Assembly: GCA_013695575.1 (NCBI GenBank)
Contig: JACDAF010000152.1
Span: forward strand, 1-32,057
Source: Chloroflexota bacterium
Lineage (GTDB): Bacteria > Chloroflexota > Limnocylindria > P2-11E
Direction of reading: 5' to 3'
DNA length: 32,057 nucleotides
In this document: one piece after another, positions 1 through 7,089 of the stretch
How the letters are laid out: each line of letters begins with the position of its first letter
How positions within the stretch are numbered: the first letter of the stretch is position 1
Notes under the pieces: model-generated
Seen by the model: the letters and a program-made list of their open reading frames with translations, nothing else
Databases searched by the model: none
What the model was told of the DNA's origin: nothing
Made by a program: the position numbers and the translations under genes

Positions 1-437
1 GGCCGTGGGATGTAGAACTCGCGATCGAGGATCGAATACCGGCCGCTGATCTCATTGAGCGACGCCGCCCTGTGACGACAATGTTGTCTCGCGACGAAGA
101 TGGGCATCTTCAGGTGCAGCTTCAGCTCGCACATCTCGAACGGCGTGGTGTGCCGGTGCCGCATGAGGTACTTGATGAGGCCGGCGTCGTCGCGCTTCCG
201 CTTCGTGCCCGTTCCATACGACACGCGGGCGGCCTGGACGATCGCTCCGTCGTCCCCCATGTAGTCGACGACGCGCACGAAGCCGTGGTCGAGGACGGGC
301 AGCGGCAGGTAGAGCAGCTCCTCGATGCCCGGTGAGGTCGCGCGTCGCGTTGCGCTGGAGCGGTCGCGGAGGGCCTGGATCTCCGCGCGCTGCTCGTCGG
401 TGAGGCCCGACTCCGCGGACCGCGCGAGCTCGCTCAC
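1..437 (-). CDS. thyX: FAD-dependent thymidylate synthase ThyX, N-terminal ~145 codons only (gene runs off the left edge)
   Basis: My own reverse-strand translation from GTG at 437 (alternative GTG at 443) reads [27 protein letters not shown]...[90 protein letters not shown]. This contains the ThyX RHR...S signature ([11 protein letters not shown]) and the MRHRHT-PFE block. It is not in the ORF track because the window edge truncates it. Confidence 0.85.
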   Translation of the reverse strand, partial: MSELARSAESGLTDEQRAEIQALRDRSSATRRATSPGIEELLYLPLPVLDHGFVRVVDYMGDDGAIVQAARVSYGTGTKRKRDDAGLIKYLMRHRHTTPFEMCELKLHLKMPIFVARQHCRHRAASLNEISGRYSILDREFYIPR

Positions 438-555
438 AGCCACGGCGCCGAGTTTAGTGGCGGGCGCCGGAACGGCACTGTCGGTCGGCGGGCCCGGCGG
501 GCCGAAGTTACCGGACAGATTGCGTGCGACCAGGGTTGAGCGCCCATCACGCGTA

Positions 556-1098
556 TCAGCCGCCGCGCCGTGCGCGCTCCCAGTCCGTCCGCAGCAGCTC
601 GCAGAGCCAGTGGTCGTGCCAGCGCCCCTCGCGGAAGCTGTGCTCGCGCTGCATGCCGACCTCTACGTAGCCGGCCTTCAGGAGCGCGCGCTTGCTTGGC
701 TCGTTCTCGGCGATAGCGCCGCTCGAGAGCTTGTGGAGGTTGAGCCAGCGGAACGCGTACTCCGTGCGCAGCGCCATCGCCTCGCTGCCATAGCCCTTCC
801 GCCAGGCCGACTTGTCGCCGATGAAGGTGCCGGTGATCGCATTCGCGTTCAGCCAGTCGATGTGGATGCCGCTGGTGCCGATCGCGCGCCCCTCGGCCTC
901 GATGATCCAGATCACGTCGTCCTTCGACTCCCCGATCTTTGTGAACCACTCCTCCTCCTGGGAGAGCGCCATGCCGAAGCGATGCGCGAGGTAGCGAGTC
1001 GCCTCCATGTCCGCGAACCACTCGACGAAGCGCGCCGGGTCGCTCTCGTCGGGCGGCCGTAGGGTCACCAGCGAGCCGCGCAATACGGGACCGAACAT
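556..1098 (-). CDS. GNAT family N-acetyltransferase (RimJ/RimL-like)
   Basis: C-terminal 180 aa of track ORF 556..1371: [20 protein letters not shown]...[19 protein letters not shown]...[16 protein letters not shown]...[24 protein letters not shown]. The RKGYGSEA block is the acetyl-CoA motif A. I chose the ATG at 1098 because the longer ORF would overlap the divergent gene starting at 1118. Confidence 0.85.
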   Translation of the reverse strand: MFGPVLRGSLVTLRPPDESDPARFVEWFADMEATRYLAHRFGMALSQEEEWFTKIGESKDDVIWIIEAEGRAIGTSGIHIDWLNANAITGTFIGDKSAWRKGYGSEAMALRTEYAFRWLNLHKLSSGAIAENEPSKRALLKAGYVEVGMQREHSFREGRWHDHWLCELLRTDWERARRGG

Positions 1099-1117
1099 CG
1101 ACGGGCAGGATAGGGCC

Positions 1118-2560
1118 ATGCGGCTCACCTTCCTGGGCGCGACGGGCACCGTCACCGGCTCGCAATTCCTGGTCGAGACGGAGCAGGCCCGCGTGCTCGT
1201 CGACTGCGGCATGTTCCAGGGCAGCCCGCACGAGGTCGAGCGCAACCGGCAGCCGCTCTCGTACGACCCGCGGACGATCGATGCGATCCTGCTGACCCAC
1301 GCGCATCTCGACCACTGCGGGCTCATCCCGCTCGTCGCCGCAGAGGGGTTCGCCGGTCCGATCTTCTGCACGAACGCGACGGCCGAGCTCGCCGAGCTTG
1401 TGCTCGTGGATTCCGGGAAGCTGCAGGAGGAGTTCGCCGAGCGCGATCACCGACCCTCGCGCCGCGCGCCGGATGCCGCGGCCAACGAGGTCATCACGCG
1501 GATCGCTGCCCCGCTCTACGACGAGCGGCGGGCGCGCGCGGCGGTCCGCCTGTTCCGCGCGGTCCGATACGGGGAGGAGCGCGAAGTCGCGCGCGGTGTT
1601 CGCGCGACGTTCCTCGACGCCGGGCACATCCTGGGCTCCGCGATCATCAGGGTCGACGCCGAAAGCCGGAGCGTCGTGTTCTCGGGCGATCTCGGCCGGC
1701 CGGACACGCCGATCATCCGCGACCCCACGCCCGTCTCGGATGCCGACTACGTCGTCCTGGAAGGGACGTACGGTGGGCGCGAGCACGAGCCGCAGGCGGA
1801 AGCCTCGCGCGCGCTCGCAGAGGCAGTGCGGCTCGCAGCCGAGGCAACGGGAGTGCTGCTCATCCCCGCCTTCGCCATCGGCCGAACGCAAGAGATCGTC
1901 TGGGAGCTGAACGCGCTGCTCGACCGGCACGAGATCCCGCGTGTGCCGCTGTACCTCGACTCGCCGATGGCGTCGAAGGCGAGCGCGATCTACCACCGTT
2001 ACCCCGATCACTACGACGAGGAGACGACCGCCGCGCTCACGCGGCGCGAGGATCCGCTCGACTACCCGGGCGCGACGACGACCCGCGACGCGCGCGAGTC
2101 GCGGGCGATCGCGAAGGCGAAGCGGCCGCACATCATCGTCGCCTCGAACGGCATGCTCACCGGCGGCCGCGTGCTGCACCACCTCCGCGAGCTCATCGAT
2201 GACGAGCGTGCGGTCCTCCTCTTCGTCGGCTACCAGGGACAGGGCACGCTCGGGGCGGAATTACAGGGCGGCGCGCGCGAGGCCGTCATCGACGGGCAGA
2301 GCCATCCGGTGCGCTGCAAGGTGCGTTCGATCAGCGGGTTCTCGGCGCACGCCGATGAGCGCGAGCTGCTCGACTGGCTCCGGGGGTTCACGCGGGGCAC
2401 GAGGAAGCCGAAGCGAGTGTTCGTCGTCCACGCCGATCCGCCGGCGCGCGACGCGATGGTCGCGAAGATCCGCGAGCTCGGACTGGAGCCGCACGCGCCC
2501 GAGTGGCGCGAGACGGTGGAGCTCGGCTCGGGGACGCTCAGCTCGGAGAGATCGGGGTAG
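1118..2560 (+). CDS. MBL-fold beta-CASP hydrolase (RNA-processing nuclease-like, COG1236-type)
   Basis: MRLTFLGATGTVTGSQFLVE... is a typical family N-terminus. The HAHLDHCG metal motif (HxHxDH) is present, and the C-terminal ISGFSAHADERELLDW matches the beta-CASP motif C region. The ATG at 1118 lies inside track ORF 1007..2560. Confidence 0.85.
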   Translation: MRLTFLGATGTVTGSQFLVETEQARVLVDCGMFQGSPHEVERNRQPLSYDPRTIDAILLTHAHLDHCGLIPLVAAEGFAGPIFCTNATAELAELVLVDSGKLQEEFAERDHRPSRRAPDAAANEVITRIAAPLYDERRARAAVRLFRAVRYGEEREVARGVRATFLDAGHILGSAIIRVDAESRSVVFSGDLGRPDTPIIRDPTPVSDADYVVLEGTYGGREHEPQAEASRALAEAVRLAAEATGVLLIPAFAIGRTQEIVWELNALLDRHEIPRVPLYLDSPMASKASAIYHRYPDHYDEETTAALTRREDPLDYPGATTTRDARESRAIAKAKRPHIIVASNGMLTGGRVLHHLRELIDDERAVLLFVGYQGQGTLGAELQGGAREAVIDGQSHPVRCKVRSISGFSAHADERELLDWLRGFTRGTRKPKRVFVVHADPPARDAMVAKIRELGLEPHAPEWRETVELGSGTLSSERSG

Positions 2561-2570
2561 CGGCGCGCCG

Positions 2571-4073
2571 TTAGGAGATCGGCCGCAGCGCGGCCTCGAG
2601 CAGCACCTCGTCGCCGCGCCGGTCTCCGACGTCCAGCTTGGCGCGTATCCGGGTGAGATGGACACGAAGCGTGTTCGGGCTCACGCCCAGGCGCTTCGCG
2701 AGCACCTCGCGTGTGACGTGGCCCGCCCCGCGTAGCTGCTCGAGCTCGCGCAGGATGGCGAGCTCCCGCCAGGTGAGGCCCAGCGTGCGGAGGTGGAACG
2801 TCGCCTCGTCGAGGGCCGAGGCACCGACCGGGATCGCCGCGTCGGACTCGGCGCGCCGGATCGCGGCCTCGCCCGCGGCACGCAGCGTCCGCGCGGTCTC
2901 GCGCGCGACCCCGGCACGCTCGGCGATCCGGCCGGCCCAGACCCCGACCTCGGGCAGGTAGTACGCGAAACCCTGGGCGCCGCGCGATGCCATCTCGCGC
3001 ACGAGCTGGACCGCGCGAGCCGCGCCGGCGCCGCGGACGAGACGCTCGCGCCAGAATGCCGCGTGGAGCGCCGCGCCGAGGGCCCAGTGGCCCATGCCAC
3101 GTGACTCGAGCTCCTTCGCGCCCTCGTCGAGCAGCCGAACACCCCCCTTTGGATCACCGCGCTGCGCGTGAACGATGCCGCGGACCAGATCGCGGAAGTG
3201 CTCGTCGGCGGGATAGCCCTTCTCCGCGCGGCCGAGGATCCGCTCGGCGACATCCGCTTCTCCGCGCAGCAGCGCCAGGTGGGCGAGATCTTCGGGACCG
3301 CCGGTCGCGCTCTGTCGGGCGAGCCGGTCACCTTCGGCCAGCTCGCCTCGCTCCATCTTGGCGCGCGCGAGGCAGAGCAGCGTGTAGCGCCATACCGAAG
3401 AGCCGTATGAGCGCAGCGCGGATTCCGCCTTGGCGAAGTCGTCGCCCGCACGATCGTTGTTCCCGGCCATCCACTCCACGAACCCGGAGGTGTAGGTGCC
3501 CCAGCCCATCTCCCAGGCGTCGCCGACGCGCGCCGCGTTGCGGGCGGTCGCCTCGGCCGCGCCGCGCGCGGCGGTGTGATCGCCGGCATGCGAGAGCAGG
3601 TGCGCGAGCTGCCGGCTTACGCGGGTCGCCACGAGGTCACGCGCGCGCCCGCGCGGCGCCGCCGAGAGCGCGTCCTCGGCCCAGCGCGCGTCCTGGAGTG
3701 CCGCCGTGATCTCGTTCGCGGCCGTCTTGTTGATGGAGCGGCCGAGCCGGAGCTCCGCGAGCATCAGGGGGTCGGTGAACGCGTGGCGCTCGGCAATGCG
3801 CTCGAGCCTGCGCACCTCATTTCCCCGCACGAGGTAGTAGGCGAGGTGGGTGAGATCCGTGGCGACGCGTGCCGCGAGCGCGGGGTCGCGCACCTGCGGC
3901 AACAGGGCTGTCAGCTCGGCCCAGGCGATGTCGAACGACTCGAGGTACTTGAGGCAGCGCCCGTGCAGGACGCGCCGCTCGAGCGTCTGACGCCCGCCCG
4001 AGAGCGTCGGGAGGAGACGCTCGGCGTCCGAGCGCGACATCGGCGCGAGCGCCTGGTCGCGGAGCGTGGACAC
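2571..4073 (-). CDS. LuxR/GerE-type HTH transcriptional regulator with a long helical-repeat (TPR-like) N-terminal region
   Basis: Track ORF of 500 aa. The C-terminus LTWRELAILRELEQLRGAGHVTREVLAKRLGVSPNTLRVHLTRIRAKLDV resembles a LuxR C-terminal HTH. The N-terminal ~420 aa is Ala/Arg/Leu-rich helical repeat. No Walker A motif is visible. Confidence 0.7.
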   Translation of the reverse strand: MSTLRDQALAPMSRSDAERLLPTLSGGRQTLERRVLHGRCLKYLESFDIAWAELTALLPQVRDPALAARVATDLTHLAYYLVRGNEVRRLERIAERHAFTDPLMLAELRLGRSINKTAANEITAALQDARWAEDALSAAPRGRARDLVATRVSRQLAHLLSHAGDHTAARGAAEATARNAARVGDAWEMGWGTYTSGFVEWMAGNNDRAGDDFAKAESALRSYGSSVWRYTLLCLARAKMERGELAEGDRLARQSATGGPEDLAHLALLRGEADVAERILGRAEKGYPADEHFRDLVRGIVHAQRGDPKGGVRLLDEGAKELESRGMGHWALGAALHAAFWRERLVRGAGAARAVQLVREMASRGAQGFAYYLPEVGVWAGRIAERAGVARETARTLRAAGEAAIRRAESDAAIPVGASALDEATFHLRTLGLTWRELAILRELEQLRGAGHVTREVLAKRLGVSPNTLRVHLTRIRAKLDVGDRRGDEVLLEAALRPIS

Positions 4074-4154
4074 CGCTATGTCATACGCCTCGGGTACGAG
4101 ATACGCCAGGGGCCGGCCCTCGCGCGGCTGACCAGACGGTGCCGGCGCTTGATC

Positions 4155-4634
4155 CTACGCGTGCGGCGGGAACGCCTCGGCGAGCTCCGCGATGTGCCCG
4201 CGCGAGTGACGCGCCTCGTACGCGGCGAAGTGTCCGGCGGTGACACGGCCCCACTCCGCGTGGACACCTGTGCGCTCGGCCGACCCGGGCGTCTGAAGCA
4301 GCTGCACGATCTGTCCATGCGCCTGCTGGAGGCGGCCTGAGAGCTCCACCGGGTCGGCGCTCGCGTTCCCGCGCTCCGCCGCGACGGCGTCCTGGTCGAA
4401 CGACGCGATCGCCGGCTCGTCTTCCTCGATGCAGCGGCGAATGCGCTCGGCGAAGATCTCCGCCGCGTCCGCGAGGTGGCCGATCACCTCGAGAGCGCTC
4501 CACTGGCCGAACCGAGGGGCGCGCAGCCGCTCCGCTCCCGCACGCCGCACCAGGGCGGACACGGTCGCGGCGTCGTCGGCCAGCGCGAACGCGGTGTCCT
4601 CGTCGTACGGAAGGAGGTCGGTCACCCCGCCCAT
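4155..4634 (-). CDS. DinB-family (DinB_2-like) metal-dependent protein
   Basis: WSALEVIGHLADAAEIFAERI...QAHGQIVQLL...HFAAYEARHSRGHIAEL shows a four-helix DinB-like pattern with conserved His residues. I chose the internal ATG at 4634. The track start at 4775 would add a 47-aa hydrophobic extension and make its start codon overlap that of the divergent pbpC. Confidence 0.7.
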   Translation of the reverse strand: MGGVTDLLPYDEDTAFALADDAATVSALVRRAGAERLRAPRFGQWSALEVIGHLADAAEIFAERIRRCIEEDEPAIASFDQDAVAAERGNASADPVELSGRLQQAHGQIVQLLQTPGSAERTGVHAEWGRVTAGHFAAYEARHSRGHIAELAEAFPPHA

Positions 4635-4661
4635 TCTGCTGGCAGGGAGGTAGGGACGGTC

Positions 4662-4692
4662 CCCGCAGGCCGTGTTCGGAGGCCCGCAGGCC
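4662..4692. repeat. 10-bp direct repeat CCCGCAGGCC x2, 21 bp apart, in the dinB-like/pbpC divergent region
   Basis: The copies are at 4662-4671 and 4683-4692. An unusually A/T-rich stretch (CACATAACACCTATGAGCCACGTAGTACTTAAGG) follows directly. Confidence 0.3.
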
Positions 4693-4773
4693 ACATAACA
4701 CCTATGAGCCACGTAGTACTTAAGGCGGCCAAGTCCGACGACGAGCGCCGCCGCCACCGCGAGAATCCACAGC

Positions 4774-7089
4774 ATGTCCCGCCCGGCGACCGCCCCCGCG
4801 CGGCCCCTCCTCCTCGCGGGGGCGGTCCTCCTCGTCGTCGCGGCCTACGTGCGCGCGGGACCCTTCGACGCGCCGGAAGCGCGGGGCGCCGTTCCGGGCA
4901 CCGTCGTGCTCGACGCGGAGGGCGCCGTGCTCGCGCGCGATGCGGCTGCGGGCCTGCGCATCCCGATCCGGCTCGACGCGGTCGCGCCACGGATGCTTCA
5001 GGCGACGCTCTCGGCCGAGGATCGGCGCTTCCGCAGCCATCCCGGCGTGGACCCCATCGCGGCGGCGCGCGCGCTCCTTCGCGGCGACTCACAGCCATCC
5101 GGCGCCTCCACGATCACGCAGCAGCTCGCCCGCCGGCTGTACCTGGGTGATGACGCCGCGCCACCGCTGGTCCGCAAGATCCGCGAGTCCGGCATCGCGC
5201 TCCAGCTGGAGGCGCGCCGCTCCAAGGACGAGATCCTGGCGCTCTACCTGAACGACGTGTACTACGGTCGCGGCGCCTACGGCGTCGAAGCGGCCGCGCG
5301 CGTCTACTTCGGTACGAGCGCCGGCAACCTGGATCTCGCCCACGCCGCGTACCTCGCGGGTCTCCCCCAACGGCCCGCGAGGTACGCGTCCATCACCGAT
5401 CACGCGCCAGCGTTGGCGCGCCAGGCCTATGTCCTCGCGCGCATGGCCGAGGACGGCTGGATCTCGGGGGGCGAGGCCACGGCGGCTGGGCGCCAGCTGG
5501 TCCGCCCGCTTCCGGAGAGGGCCGCGCCCGTCGCGCCCCACTTCGTCGCGCAGGCGCGGGCCGAGCTGTCGCGCGTGCGGCCCGACCTGGCGGCGCGTGA
5601 CGGCCTCATCATCGAGACGACGCTCGACGCGGGCCTGCAGTCCGAGGCGGAGCGCCTCGTCCGCCTGCGGCTCGCGGAGCTCGCCGAGCGGCACGCCACC
5701 GATGGCGCGCTCGTCGCGATCGAGCCCGCGACCGGGCGCATCCAGGCGCTGGTCGGGAGCGCGACCGATGGCGACGTGGCGCACGGCGGCGAGATCGACA
5801 TGACGCGGACGCCGCGCCCGGCCGGCTCGACCCTGAAGCCCTTGCTGTACGCGGCCGCGTTCGAGCACGGTCTCACGCCCGCGACCGCGCTCCTCGATGT
5901 CCCGTCGACGTTCACCACCGCCGGCGGCCCGTACACCCCGCTGAACTTCGACCGCTCCTTCCGCGGCGTCGTCCCATTGCGAACGGCGCTCGCGTCGTCC
6001 CTGAACGTTCCCGCGGTCCGCACGCTCGCGGACCTCGGCCTCGAGACGATGCTCGAGATCTCGCACCGGTTCGGTCTTACGACGCTCTCCACCGCGGAGC
6101 GCTACGGGCTCTCGCTCAGCCTCGGCGGGGGCGAGGTCCGCCTGCTCGACCTCACCTCCGCATACGCGGCGATCGGGGCGGGCGGCCAGCTCGCCGAGCC
6201 GTTCGCGGTCGCGCGCGTCCGCGACGCGACGGGGCGGGTCCTCTACGAGCGCGCGCCGGCTACGCCTCGCCGCGTCCTTTCGCCGGAGCACGCGTACCTG
6301 CTCGCCGACATCCTCGCCGACTCGGACGCGCGGATCCCCGGCTTCGGCTGGGTGACGCCGTTCGACCTCCCCTTCCCCGCCGCCGTGAAGAGCGGCACGA
6401 GCACCGGGTTCCGCGATGTCTGGACGGTGGGAACCACGCCCGAGATCGCGATCGGTGTGTGGGTCGGGAACGCGGATGGCTCGCCGATGCTCGACGTGGC
6501 GAGCGTGGAGGGAGCGGGACCGATCTGGCGCGACACGATGCTCGCCGCGGCGCTCGCCCGGCGGATGAGCCCGTTCCAGCGGCCCGCCGGGATCGTCGAG
6601 GCGACCGTGTGCGCACCGACCGGGCTGCTGCCCGGGCCGGCCTGCCCCTCGCCGGTACGCGAGCTGTTCGTCGCGGGGACCGAGCCGACGGAGCGCGAGC
6701 GGTACTACGCGCGAGCCGCCGACGGCACGACGGTCGTCAGCCCGCCGCTCGAGGCGCTCGCCTGGGCGCGCGACGCCGGCCTGGTGGTGAGCAGCGGCGT
6801 CACGCTGGGCGCGACGGACCTGTTGCGGATCGTCGCCCCGCTCCCCGGGAGCGTGTTCCACCTCGCGCCCGAGCTCGCCGAGCAGCGCCTCGTCCTCCGC
6901 GCGATCGTGGCGCCGGGCAGCGGCGAGGTGAGCTTCGAGATCGACGGCCGGCTCATCGGGACCGCGCCCAGCGCGGACGCGCGCCTCACCTGGGCGCTCG
7001 AGCCCGGCGCGCACACGCTTCGCGCGACCGTACGGCTGCCCGACGGCGGCCTGGCCGCGGCCACCTCGTCCTACGAGGTCCGGCGTTGA
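4774..7089 (+). CDS. pbpC: Bifunctional class A penicillin-binding protein, PBP1C type (GT51 glycosyltransferase + transpeptidase + PBP1C C-terminal domain)
   Basis: N-terminal TM anchor (PLLLAGAVLLVVAAYV). GT51 motifs: SAEDRRFRSHPGVD, GASTITQQLAR, RKIRES. Transpeptidase motifs: STLKP (SxxK), SLN (SxN), KSGTS (KT/SG). The C-terminal beta-rich domain LRIVAPLPGSVFHL...VSFEIDGRLIG...LEPGAHTLRATV is PBP1C-like. It is directly coupled to an alpha-2-macroglobulin gene. Confidence 0.9.
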   Translation: MSRPATAPARPLLLAGAVLLVVAAYVRAGPFDAPEARGAVPGTVVLDAEGAVLARDAAAGLRIPIRLDAVAPRMLQATLSAEDRRFRSHPGVDPIAAARALLRGDSQPSGASTITQQLARRLYLGDDAAPPLVRKIRESGIALQLEARRSKDEILALYLNDVYYGRGAYGVEAAARVYFGTSAGNLDLAHAAYLAGLPQRPARYASITDHAPALARQAYVLARMAEDGWISGGEATAAGRQLVRPLPERAAPVAPHFVAQARAELSRVRPDLAARDGLIIETTLDAGLQSEAERLVRLRLAELAERHATDGALVAIEPATGRIQALVGSATDGDVAHGGEIDMTRTPRPAGSTLKPLLYAAAFEHGLTPATALLDVPSTFTTAGGPYTPLNFDRSFRGVVPLRTALASSLNVPAVRTLADLGLETMLEISHRFGLTTLSTAERYGLSLSLGGGEVRLLDLTSAYAAIGAGGQLAEPFAVARVRDATGRVLYERAPATPRRVLSPEHAYLLADILADSDARIPGFGWVTPFDLPFPAAVKSGTSTGFRDVWTVGTTPEIAIGVWVGNADGSPMLDVASVEGAGPIWRDTMLAAALARRMSPFQRPAGIVEATVCAPTGLLPGPACPSPVRELFVAGTEPTERERYYARAADGTTVVSPPLEALAWARDAGLVVSSGVTLGATDLLRIVAPLPGSVFHLAPELAEQRLVLRAIVAPGSGEVSFEIDGRLIGTAPSADARLTWALEPGAHTLRATVRLPDGGLAAATSSYEVRR

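Noticed and set aside
434-2182. 582-aa minus-strand ORF covering the GNAT and beta-CASP region
   Set aside because: It is extremely Arg/Ala/Gly/Pro-rich with no recognisable motif. It lies antisense or out of frame to two genes that have clear family signatures. This is the typical spurious long ORF of GC-rich DNA.
5089-7014. 641-aa minus-strand ORF antisense to pbpC
   Set aside because: It is an Arg-rich shadow ORF. The + frame carries every GT51 and transpeptidase motif.
6459-7085. 209-codon N-terminal extension of the A2M ORF in the track
   Set aside because: It overlaps the well-supported 3' end of pbpC in another frame and translates to an Arg-rich sequence. The TM anchor and Ig-like modules begin only after 7086.
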